Of a stretch of 64,000 bases of DNA, positions 50,657 to 59,017 are shown in pieces (the stretch's first letter is position 1; each line of letters opens with the position of its first letter). The stretch lies in NCBI RefSeq assembly GCF_023266035.1, contig NZ_JAHFRY010000005.1, forward strand, positions 249-64,248. Direction: 5' to 3'. A program made the position numbers and the translations under genes. The notes beneath the pieces were generated by a model. That model had not been told where the DNA came from. It made no database searches and saw only the letters and a program-made list of their open reading frames with translations. The stretch is from Nevskia sp. (GTDB taxonomy: Bacteria; Pseudomonadota; Gammaproteobacteria; Nevskiales; Nevskiaceae).

Positions 50657-51127
50657 ATGCCTCGCAAACTCGTATTCCTGGCGGCCGTTCTCGCCTTCAC
50701 TGCCGCCCATGCCGAGGGCTTCAAGGAAGGCCAGTGGGAAATCACCACCAAGATGGACATGCCCGGCATGCCCCAGATGCCGGAGCTGCCATCCGGCGTG
50801 AAGCTGCCGCCTGGAGTGAAGTTACCGGGTGTCGGCGGTAGCGGCTTTACCGCCAAGCAATGCCTGAAGAAGGACCAGGCAGCCCCGGCCAACAGCCGCT
50901 CGGATCTTGACTGCGAGATGACCCAAAAGAAATTCCACGGCGACACCTTCGAGTGGGCGACGCACTGTACGGGCAAGGACGGCGGCGTGATGGATGGCGA
51001 AGGCAAGGCCACCTACAGCGGCGATGCCATGACCAGCCAGTTCCACATGCACGGCACGGCCCACGGCCAGCCGATGGACATGACCATGAACTCGACCGGC
51101 AAATATCTCGGGCCCTGCCCGAACTAG
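50657..51127 (+). CDS. DUF3617-like secreted protein
   Basis: ATG 50657 lies 7 nt after GGAG. Signal peptide MPRKLVFLAAVLAFTAAHA, GQWEITTKMDMPGMPQMP, and four spaced Cys ending in GPCPN. Confidence 0.65.
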   Translation: MPRKLVFLAAVLAFTAAHAEGFKEGQWEITTKMDMPGMPQMPELPSGVKLPPGVKLPGVGGSGFTAKQCLKKDQAAPANSRSDLDCEMTQKKFHGDTFEWATHCTGKDGGVMDGEGKATYSGDAMTSQFHMHGTAHGQPMDMTMNSTGKYLGPCPN

Positions 51128-51223
51128 ATCACCGCCGTTCGAGCTTGATTGCGCGCAACGAAGAGCATCGCCTGACGGATCTCGTGGTCCGCCAGGTACC
51201 TCGGGGACAACAGGAGAATTCCA

Positions 51224-53545
51224 ATGAAACGCTACAGGTTCTGGCAGGCTTTGCTGGCCTGCGTGGTACCGCTGGGAGCTGCACTGGCCATCAACACCTC
51301 GGTTCCCACCCATGCCCGGAAAGGGCAGGCTAGCAGCGACCCGACCGGCGTCGAAGCGAACGCCGCACCGACCATGGCCACCATCAGCGGCACGCCGCTG
51401 ACGATCAGGATCGGCTCCGATACCTCGTTCCAGATTCTCAATGCCGACAACCCCGGTATCGGCCAGATCTTTCCGAGCGATTCATCGGGCCCGGCCGACA
51501 TGGGCTGGTTCGTCGACGACGGCACCACGCTCTATGCGCCGCGCTTCAACGAGCACGTCGACGGCAGCGCCACCAACAGCCTCGGAACCTATACCGGTTA
51601 CACGCCGGTTTCGATCAGCCCGGTCAGTGGCAGCGGCACCACCACCGATCCCTACCTGGTGACCACGGTCAACGATCTCGGCGACAGCGGCATGCGCGAA
51701 ACCATGCGGGTCAGCTACGTCAACGGCCAGAACTACTTCACCAAGCTGCTGACCGTCGCCAACAACGGTACGGCCAGTCAGACCGTGCGCATCTTCCTGG
51801 CCGCCGATATCTATCTGGCCAACAGCGATAGTGGTATCCCGTATCGCGAGCCGAACTCCGGCTCTCCGGGTGGCAGCGACTGCGGCGAGACACCGCTGTA
51901 CTTCATTCTGCTGATTCCGCAAACGCCGGCCGATGCCTTCAGCGCCACGGCTTACAGCAACGTCTGGAGCCAGATCGGCAACGCGGCCCTCGACAGCGCG
52001 ATCAACACCGGTTGCCAGGACAACGGTGCCGGACTGCAATGGAACCGCACGATCCCGGCCGGCAGCAATGTGTCGATCCAGGCGGTGACCTCGTTCGGCA
52101 CGATTCCGTCGATTGCCCAGTTCAATGTCACCCAGGTCGCTGCAGACAGCGGCCAGGCCGGGCAGGCGGTCAATGTCACGATCACCGGTATCGGCTTTCA
52201 GGCCGGCACCACGTTCGGCTTCGGCGCCGGCATCAGCGTCGGCAATCTGGTCATCGTCAGTCCGACCACGGCGACCGCCAGTCTGAGCATTGCTGCCGAC
52301 GCCGCCGTTGGTGCGCGCGATGTCACTGCCGTGCAGGGCAACGGCCAGGGATCGCCGACGGCAACGCTTAGCCACGGTTACACGGTCATCGCGGCTCCCG
52401 TCAGCGCCGGTTCCGCACAGCTGTCGGCGGCGAGCTATACGGTCGACGAGAACGGCGGCAGCCTGAGTCTGAGCGTGACCCGCAGCGGCGGCAGCGCCGG
52501 CACCTGCAGCCTGAGCTTGCGCACCAGCGATGGCAGCGCCAGGGCTGGCAGCGACTATGCGGCGGTCGATGTTTCGGTGGTCTTCGCCGATGGCGACACG
52601 GCCGCCAAGACCGTGAGCCTGCCGATCAGCGATGACACCGCCGTTGAAGGTAACGAAACCCTCAGCGTCGGGCTGTTCCTCGGCGAGACCACCTGCACGC
52701 TCGGCGCGCCGGCTACGGCCACCGTGACCATCGTCGACAACGATCAGGAAGTGGTGCCGCCACCACCACCGCCGCCGAACCCATCGCCGACCGGGGGCCA
52801 GCTGCGCGGCCACTCCGGCGGTGCCGGTTCGCCTGCCTTGCTGCTGCTGCTGTCGGTGGCCGGCTGGCTGCGGCGTCGTCGCGGGCTGCGCTCGGGCCTG
52901 GCGATCGTCGCCGGCACGACGGGTCTGGCGATTGTCGCCGCCGCGCTGCCGCTGCCCGCAGTTGCCGACAGCACTACCGGCTGGTTTGCCGGTGGTCGCA
53001 TCGGCGCTAGTTTCTCGACCCGCAGAAACGAGGATTTCAGCCGCGAACTGAGCGCCGAAGGTCATGTCGCGACGGTCGACGTCGAACATCAAACCACCGG
53101 CTTTTCGTTCTATGGCGGCTATCAGTTCAGTCAGGCGCTGGGGCTGGAGATCAGCTATTACGACTTGGGCCGCTTCCACATCGGGATCGACAGTAACGAG
53201 GCCGATCAGCAGCGGCTGGCCGATGATGCCGTGAAGCTGGCACCGCGTTCCGGCCGGGGCGCTGCCGCCGCTTGGCACGGCGTGCTGCTGCTGTTTCCGG
53301 GGCTGGCACTGGAAACCCGGCTCGGTGCGGCCTATCTGGCTGAGAAGCGGACGCTGCACAACGCCGACGGCACCGTGCTCGCGATCGATCGCGAGCATCT
53401 GCCGGCGTTGACGGGCGGCCTTGGTCTGAGTTTGAACCTGGCCTCGAACCTGACTCTCGGATTCGGCAGCCAGTTCTACGATCCGATCGGCCAGGGCGCC
53501 GTCACCCAGGTCTACGGCCAGCTCGAATTCCAGTTCGGAAGATAA
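51224..53545 (+). CDS. Large exported protein: novel N-domain, IPT/TIG-like and Calx-beta-like domains, internal sorting-signal-like segment, C-terminal OMP beta-barrel
   Basis: 773 aa with a signal peptide. The Calx-beta-like region reads SYTVDENGGSLSLSVTRSGG...ARAGSDYAAVDVSVVFADGDTAAKTVSLPISDDTAVEGNETL. A P7 linker and SGGAGSPALLLLLSVAGWLRRRR follow, then a second signal-peptide-like stretch. The terminal barrel of about 190 aa ends in YGQLEFQFGR. Confidence 0.7.
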   Translation: MKRYRFWQALLACVVPLGAALAINTSVPTHARKGQASSDPTGVEANAAPTMATISGTPLTIRIGSDTSFQILNADNPGIGQIFPSDSSGPADMGWFVDDGTTLYAPRFNEHVDGSATNSLGTYTGYTPVSISPVSGSGTTTDPYLVTTVNDLGDSGMRETMRVSYVNGQNYFTKLLTVANNGTASQTVRIFLAADIYLANSDSGIPYREPNSGSPGGSDCGETPLYFILLIPQTPADAFSATAYSNVWSQIGNAALDSAINTGCQDNGAGLQWNRTIPAGSNVSIQAVTSFGTIPSIAQFNVTQVAADSGQAGQAVNVTITGIGFQAGTTFGFGAGISVGNLVIVSPTTATASLSIAADAAVGARDVTAVQGNGQGSPTATLSHGYTVIAAPVSAGSAQLSAASYTVDENGGSLSLSVTRSGGSAGTCSLSLRTSDGSARAGSDYAAVDVSVVFADGDTAAKTVSLPISDDTAVEGNETLSVGLFLGETTCTLGAPATATVTIVDNDQEVVPPPPPPPNPSPTGGQLRGHSGGAGSPALLLLLSVAGWLRRRRGLRSGLAIVAGTTGLAIVAAALPLPAVADSTTGWFAGGRIGASFSTRRNEDFSRELSAEGHVATVDVEHQTTGFSFYGGYQFSQALGLEISYYDLGRFHIGIDSNEADQQRLADDAVKLAPRSGRGAAAAWHGVLLLFPGLALETRLGAAYLAEKRTLHNADGTVLAIDREHLPALTGGLGLSLNLASNLTLGFGSQFYDPIGQGAVTQVYGQLEFQFGR

Positions 53546-53561
53546 GCCAGGCCTTACTCGG

Positions 53562-53590
53562 GGGCGATCAGCACATGTGGCTGATCGCCC
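53562..53590. terminator. 11-bp perfect hairpin between convergent genes
   Basis: gggcgatcagc (53562-53572) pairs with gctgatcgccc (53580-53590). It overlaps the last codons of the CBS gene. Confidence 0.5.
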
Positions 53591-53969
53591 TCAGTACATC
53601 GGAGCGTGAAATCTGGCCGACCAGCTGGCCGTTCTCGATCACCGGATAGCGGCGGAATGGCGCGGTGGTGAACATCGTCGCCAGTTGCGTGAGATTGGTT
53701 TCCGGATCGACGGTCACCGGTTTCTCGCTCATGTATTGGGCCACCGGCCCGGCGATGCAGGTGTCCTGCGCGGCGGTCAGCGCCACTTCGAGGCAGTCGC
53801 GTTGCGACAGGATGCCGACCAGGTTGCCCTTGGCATCGACCACCGGCGCACCGGAGATGCCTTTCTCGACCAGCGTGTGTACGGCGTGCATCACTTCCAT
53901 GTCCGGCCGGAAGGTGACGAGCTTCGTCGTCATGTAATCGCGGACCTTGACCGAATCAAGCGTTGCCAT
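53568..53969 (-). CDS. CBS-domain pair protein
   Basis: ATG 53969 follows GGGGAGAA. 133 aa with two CBS repeats (VRDYMTTKLVTF..., VAQYMSEKPVTV...). Confidence 0.8.
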   Translation of the reverse strand: MATLDSVKVRDYMTTKLVTFRPDMEVMHAVHTLVEKGISGAPVVDAKGNLVGILSQRDCLEVALTAAQDTCIAGPVAQYMSEKPVTVDPETNLTQLATMFTTAPFRRYPVIENGQLVGQISRSDVLRAISHMC

Positions 53970-54070
53970 TCTAGTTTTCTCCCCTGCACCTGCAGCGACA
54001 GTAGCGCGGGGGTGCAGCGGAAACAACCGGAATCATTAGATTCGACGTAGGGGCTCGCCCGTTTTTCCCG

Positions 54071-54853
54071 TCATAGCGCGCCGTCGAACAATCCGGACGG
54101 CGGCGGTTCGATGCCGGCTTTCGGCAGCACCGCATGCAGAGCGGCGCCATGCTCGCGCAGCCAGCCGCGCCAGTGCACGTGATCGTCCATCTGCTTTTCG
54201 ACCAGCCGCCAGAAGCGCGGCGAGTGATCGAGATGGCGACGATGGCAAAGCTCGTGGATCACCACGTAGCGCAGCGCCTCGCGTGGCGCCATCACCAGCC
54301 GCCAGTTGAGGCTGATCAGCCCATCCGGCGTGCAACTGCCCCACAGCGATTTCTGATCGGCGATGCGTGGGCCGATGAAGCTGACGCCAAGGCGCTGCGA
54401 TTCGCTTTCGAGCAGGCTGCGGGCATCGCTGCGGGCTAGCTTGCTGAGCGTTGCGCGCAGCGTCTGGGCCAGCAGTTCGGTGTCGACGCTATCGGCGGGC
54501 GAGCAGAACAGGCTGACTTCATGATCGAAGCGGAGCATCGGCCGCGCGAGGCGCGACAGCACGATACGCAACGGCAGTTGCTCGCCGCGTACCGGAATGG
54601 TGTCGCTGCCATCCCAGCGCAGCGGCGTGTGTGTTGGCAGGCGCGCAGCGCGCGATTTCAGTTCGACGAGCTTGCGACGAATCCATTCCTCGCGACTCTT
54701 CAGAAAGGCGTGCGCAGTGCTGCGCGGCACACGCTTGGGAATCACCAGCAGCACGTTGCCGTCGGGCCGGACTTCGATGCGGATGTTGCGGGCGCGAGCG
54801 CTGACTCGTTCAGTCAGCTGCAGCGGCGCAAAAGGTCCGAGCAGATCGGCCAT
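54071..54853 (-). CDS. YgjP-like M48/DUF45 metal-dependent hydrolase
   Basis: 260 aa. HELCHRRHLDHSPRFWRLVE zinc motif and its context. Confidence 0.85.
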   Translation of the reverse strand: MADLLGPFAPLQLTERVSARARNIRIEVRPDGNVLLVIPKRVPRSTAHAFLKSREEWIRRKLVELKSRAARLPTHTPLRWDGSDTIPVRGEQLPLRIVLSRLARPMLRFDHEVSLFCSPADSVDTELLAQTLRATLSKLARSDARSLLESESQRLGVSFIGPRIADQKSLWGSCTPDGLISLNWRLVMAPREALRYVVIHELCHRRHLDHSPRFWRLVEKQMDDHVHWRGWLREHGAALHAVLPKAGIEPPPSGLFDGAL

Positions 54854-55023
54854 CAGGACTACCGGGCCACGCAGCCAGCGTGAGCCGAAGCTTCACGGGT
54901 CACTGCGGGGTTCATCGAGAGGGAAGCGATCATGAGGCGCAAGGCTGCAACAGTTGGAGAATTGTATTCGCGCTACGCGGCAAACGTGCCAACGGACGCT
55001 ACCAACGGTGCAGCGCAGCCGCT

Positions 55024-55824
55024 TCAGCCTTCGCGATAGCCGATGCGGGCGAGCAGACCATCGAGTTCGTCGAGGTCATGAAACTTCACGCGCAGCTCGC
55101 CGCTGCCGGCGCTGCCCGGCTTGAACGCGGCGGTGTAGCCAAGATGATCGGACAGCTTGTCGGCAAGCTTCTGCCAGTCGTCCGGCTTGGCGGATGCGGC
55201 GACCACGCGCGCACCGGTGGCCAGCCGTCGTTCGAGCGCCCGCACGCTGAGCCGCTCGCGCACGCAGGCTTCGGCCCAGCGCAGTTGCGAGTGCGTCTGC
55301 AGCCCGGCCAGCACCTTCGCGTGACCGAGGCTCAGGGAGCCTTCATCGAGCATCGTCTGCACCGCCGGCGCCAGCGCCAGCAGACGCAGGAAGTTGGTGA
55401 CGTAAGCGCGTGACTTGCCGATGCGGGTGCCGATCGCTTCGTGAGTCAGCGTGTGCGCCTCGCCGAGCTTGCGCAGGCCATCGGCGGTTTCCATCGGCGA
55501 CAGCGATTCGCGCTGCAGGTTTTCGATCAGTCCGAGCACGCGGGCTTCGGCTTCGTCGAGATCGTCGCGGATCAGCGCCGGTACTTCGTGCAGGCCGGCC
55601 AGCTGCGCGGCGCGCCAGCGGCGTTCGCCGGCCAGCAGCTCGTACTCACGGCGCGGGCCGTGGCCGAGCGAGCGCAGCACCAGCGGCTGGATGATGCCGG
55701 ACTCGCGGATCGACTCGGCCAGCTCGCGCAGCGCATCGGCCGCAAAGCGGCGCCGGGCCTGGGTGGTGCCCGGACGGATCAGGTCCAGCGGAATGCGGCG
55801 GATGGTTTCGCCCGGAACGGTCAA
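55024..55824 (-). CDS. parB: ParB/Spo0J partition protein (no parA upstream)
   Basis: 266 aa. IIQPLVLR, GERRWRAAQLAGL (the CTP-binding box) and the HTH THEAIGTRIGKSRAYVTNFLRLL. Confidence 0.9.
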   Translation of the reverse strand: MTVPGETIRRIPLDLIRPGTTQARRRFAADALRELAESIRESGIIQPLVLRSLGHGPRREYELLAGERRWRAAQLAGLHEVPALIRDDLDEAEARVLGLIENLQRESLSPMETADGLRKLGEAHTLTHEAIGTRIGKSRAYVTNFLRLLALAPAVQTMLDEGSLSLGHAKVLAGLQTHSQLRWAEACVRERLSVRALERRLATGARVVAASAKPDDWQKLADKLSDHLGYTAAFKPGSAGSGELRVKFHDLDELDGLLARIGYREG

Positions 55825-55983
55825 GGGGTAGCTTGATCCCTGTGGGATAATCCCGATATTGAACCATCAAAGTGCGCGGCCATGCGGTCGGCGCGGGTCG
55901 CCATCCGAACATCGGTCCTTGAGTCGCTGCAATCTGCGCGCCGGACCTATCCCCGAATTATTTGCCATTCAATAGGAACGTCC

Positions 55984-56526
55984 GTGGAAGAGCACTACAA
56001 GGCGATCATCGAAGCCGTTGGCGAGGACCCGAATCGCGAAGGTCTGCTGCGCACGCCGCAGCGCGCCGCAAAAGCGATGGAATTCCTGACCCAGGGCTAC
56101 AAGCAGGATCTGAAAGAACTGGTCAACGATGCGGTGTTCACCACCTCGAACAACGAGATGGTGATCGTGCGCGACATCGAGCTGTATTCGATGTGCGAAC
56201 ACCATCTGCTGCCCTTCCTCGGGCGGGCTCATATTGCCTATCTGCCGAACGGTAAGGTCATCGGTCTGTCCAAGATTCCGCGCATCGTCGACATGTTCGC
56301 GCGCCGCCTGCAGATTCAGGAGAAGCTGACCCAGCAGATCGGCAACTGCGTGCAGGAAGTGACCGACGCCAAGGGCGTGGCTGTTGTCGTGGAAGCGAAA
56401 CATCTGTGCGCGATGATGCGTGGCGTCGAAAAGCAGAACTCGTCGATGACCACATCGATGATGCTCGGCCGCTTTCGGGACGATCCGCGCACCCGCCAGG
56501 AGTTCCTGACCCTGATCCGCGGCTGA
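55984..56526 (+). CDS. folE: GTP cyclohydrolase I
   Basis: The GTG 55984 start follows [18 protein letters not shown] and [11 protein letters not shown]. Confidence 0.93.
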   Translation: MEEHYKAIIEAVGEDPNREGLLRTPQRAAKAMEFLTQGYKQDLKELVNDAVFTTSNNEMVIVRDIELYSMCEHHLLPFLGRAHIAYLPNGKVIGLSKIPRIVDMFARRLQIQEKLTQQIGNCVQEVTDAKGVAVVVEAKHLCAMMRGVEKQNSSMTTSMMLGRFRDDPRTRQEFLTLIRG

Positions 56527-56653
56527 ATCCGATCGGGGGCCGGGCACCGTATCGATTGCTACGGGCCGGCGTCACGTTCGTATAATCGCCGCAGTTCCAA
56601 CCGGCGCAGTCATCACATCGATTGCCGCGTCCTGTATACCGGAGTCAGAAACC

Positions 56654-57640
56654 ATGGGCAGCGCAGCGCCTCGTCACACGTTCGGCACGCCGGACCAGAT
56701 CGCCGTCATGGTCGATCTCCAAGCCTTTGTCGAGCGGCAGACCGCCGAGCATCTTGAACGCCGCAAGCTGTGGTTCCCGAACGAACTGCTGTCGGCGGAC
56801 GCCCATGACATCGAAGCCGCCGACGCCGATCTCGCCGAAGTGCGCGAAGCCGCGCGCGGCCTGCCGGACACCATCCGCGTCGCGCTGGCCCTGAACCTGC
56901 TGACCGAAGAAGGTCTGCCGCACTTTCATCGCCTGATCGCCACGCATCTCGGCAACGAATCGCCGTGGAGCACCTGGAACAACATGTGGACGGCCGAGGA
57001 AGACCGCCACGGCTGCGCGATGCGCGACTACTGCCGCGATGCCCGCATCTTCAACATGGGCGCGCTGGAGAAGATGCAGTACCACTACATCGAAGCCGGC
57101 TTCAATCCGGACTGGCAGCAGGACCCGTATCGCCTGCTGGCCTATACCTCGATGCAGGAGAAGGCGACCCAGGTTGCCCACGCCAATACCGGCCGCACCT
57201 GCGGCAAGTACGAGCCACGCATCCAGCGCATCCTCGCCCACATCGCCGGCGATGAATCGCGCCATTACGCGTTCTACCGCGCCTGCTTCGGCGGCATTCT
57301 GGAGCGCGATCCGAACAACGCGCTGTACTCGCTGCTGAAGGTGATGCCGGCGCTGGCGATGCCCGGCCACAACATGCCGGGCTACGACCACATGTCCGAT
57401 GTCGTGCGCCGCGCCGAGATCTACGGCCCGCGCAACTATCAGGCGATCGTCGAGGAACTGCTCGAGCACTGGCAGATCGGCGCGATGACCGGTCTTTCGG
57501 CCAGCGGCTGCGAGTACCAGGACAAGCTGATGAAGATTCCCGCCCGCCTGGCGCGGATGGCCGATTACCTGGACGGCAAGGCTGTCGGCAGCCGGGACTT
57601 CAGCTTCGATTTCATCTACAACCGCGTGATCACGATTTAG
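56654..57640 (+). CDS. Soluble acyl-ACP desaturase (di-iron, FA_desaturase_2 family)
   Basis: 328 aa. EEGLPHF, WTAEEDRHG, MQEKATQVAH and AGDESRHYAFY are the two EXXH di-iron motif regions. Confidence 0.85.
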   Translation: MGSAAPRHTFGTPDQIAVMVDLQAFVERQTAEHLERRKLWFPNELLSADAHDIEAADADLAEVREAARGLPDTIRVALALNLLTEEGLPHFHRLIATHLGNESPWSTWNNMWTAEEDRHGCAMRDYCRDARIFNMGALEKMQYHYIEAGFNPDWQQDPYRLLAYTSMQEKATQVAHANTGRTCGKYEPRIQRILAHIAGDESRHYAFYRACFGGILERDPNNALYSLLKVMPALAMPGHNMPGYDHMSDVVRRAEIYGPRNYQAIVEELLEHWQIGAMTGLSASGCEYQDKLMKIPARLARMADYLDGKAVGSRDFSFDFIYNRVITI

Positions 57641-57649
57641 TCTGCGGTC

Positions 57650-57675
57650 GTCCGGCGCTGGCTTCAGCGCCGGAC
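57650..57675. terminator. 11-bp perfect hairpin between convergent desaturase and acylphosphatase genes
   Basis: gtccggcgctg (57650-57660) pairs with cagcgccggac (57665-57675) around the loop gctt. Confidence 0.5.
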
Positions 57676-57945
57676 AACGAAGCCGGCATCGTCCGCCACC
57701 GGCGCATCGACGGCGCGCCATTCCAGCGTCTCGACCTGGGCCGTTGGCGGTCCGCGGCGCAACCAGTCGCGCAGGCTCATCACCGCGTCGAAACTGGCGC
57801 CGGCAACCAGCCCTTCCACCGAACCGTCCGGGCAGTTGCGCACCCAGCCAAGCAGGCCCAGCGCCTGCGCCTTGCGCCGGGTCGCGACCCGGAAGCCGAC
57901 ACCCTGGACCCGGCCGGTGACGACGAAGCGGTAAGATTCCTGCAT
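57664..57945 (-). CDS. acyP: Acylphosphatase
   Basis: 93 aa from ATG 57945. VTGRVQGVGFR and GWVRNCPDGSVE. Confidence 0.9.
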   Translation of the reverse strand: MQESYRFVVTGRVQGVGFRVATRRKAQALGLLGWVRNCPDGSVEGLVAGASFDAVMSLRDWLRRGPPTAQVETLEWRAVDAPVADDAGFVVRR

Positions 57946-57985
57946 GTCGGCAATTCGTTTCAGTGAGCGCCAGAGGGAGTAAATC

Positions 57986-58675
57986 ATGGCCTTGGCCATC
58001 ATAGATCGCTTGCGCCGAAGACTGGGGCAAGGCTTCGAGGCCATCGCCGGCCGGGCGATGGATCTGGCTGGCCGCGAATCGTTTTCCTTGTCCGCCGAAC
58101 TGCCGGGACTCACCGCCGATGCGCCGCTGCTGCGCCTGAAGCTGGAAATGCTCAGTGAAGAACTCGGCGATGGCGGTCGCTTCCGGCTGCGCGCGCATCT
58201 GCAGGCGCATCTGGCCAGCGCGCTGACGCCGCTGCCATCTCCCGGCAAGGCCCGTGATGCGATCGCTGGTCCGGAGACCCAAAGCCTGCCGGCCGCCGGC
58301 GTCGGCCGTCTGCTGCGGATGACGCTCAAGGTGCCGGCGATCCGCCGCGTTGCCGCGCCGCTGATTCGTCATGACGTCAACACCTGGATCGACCTACGCG
58401 CCTCGACCGCCGATCTCGTCGACGGTGCCCGCGCGCTGCTGCCGGAAAGCGAGCAGCTGAAAGCACTCGGTATCGACACTACGGTGGTCGGCGATGGTCC
58501 GCTGGCCCAGACCTGGGCCGGCTCCACCGGCGGCCTGACGCCGGGCTTTGCCCAGGTTTCGCTGATCCAGGTCGACAAGCGCCATCTGCCGAAAGCGCTC
58601 AGCGCCCTGCTCGGCGATCAGCCGTTCCAGCTGGTGGCCGCAGTGGTCAATGTGGCCGAGGAAAAGCGGCGCTGA
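57986..58675 (+). CDS. Hypothetical protein
   Basis: 229 aa with ordinary amino-acid composition and G/C-rich third codon positions. No motif recognised. Confidence 0.5.
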   Translation: MALAIIDRLRRRLGQGFEAIAGRAMDLAGRESFSLSAELPGLTADAPLLRLKLEMLSEELGDGGRFRLRAHLQAHLASALTPLPSPGKARDAIAGPETQSLPAAGVGRLLRMTLKVPAIRRVAAPLIRHDVNTWIDLRASTADLVDGARALLPESEQLKALGIDTTVVGDGPLAQTWAGSTGGLTPGFAQVSLIQVDKRHLPKALSALLGDQPFQLVAAVVNVAEEKRR

Positions 58676-58708
58676 TCGCCACAGCAAGCTGACCGGATCG
58701 CGGCCAAC

Positions 58709-58736
58709 AAAAAAGCGGGAACCTTTCGGTCCCCGC
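58709..58736 (-). terminator. Intrinsic terminator oriented for the minus strand, with no annotated minus-strand gene upstream
   Basis: The minus strand reads GCGGGGACC-GAAA-GGTTCCCGC (one mismatch) followed by TTTTTTG. The plus-strand A6 run is at 58709-58714. Confidence 0.6.
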
Positions 58737-59017
58737 CTCAAACCCTCCCCCCAAAAATGATCCGGCGAGCTGCGGTGGCCGGGAACCTCGAACTTTCTGC
58801 AGAAACAGTAGGCTCGATGGAGCGGAGACTAGCCTCATTTTTTACGGCCGCCTAGACCCGCAGTGCAACATGCAGCAAAGCCCGGTAGGCAGGGTGTTCA
58901 TGGCGATGCCGGCTTGTCACGCTGCTCGCGTACCATCGTTGCCGCTCGGGTCTGCCCAAGATGTCCGAATAGCGCGGCGGCTTTTCCCCACTCCATCCGA
59001 AGGATCGAATCACGCCC

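Noticed and set aside
58810-58846. Plus-strand hairpin followed by T6 (AGGCT...AGCCT CATTTTTT), considered as a terminator or attenuator.
   Set aside because: The stem is only 5 bp with a 16-nt loop. It is too weak to call and is mentioned only in the context of the 58.7-59.0 kb gap.
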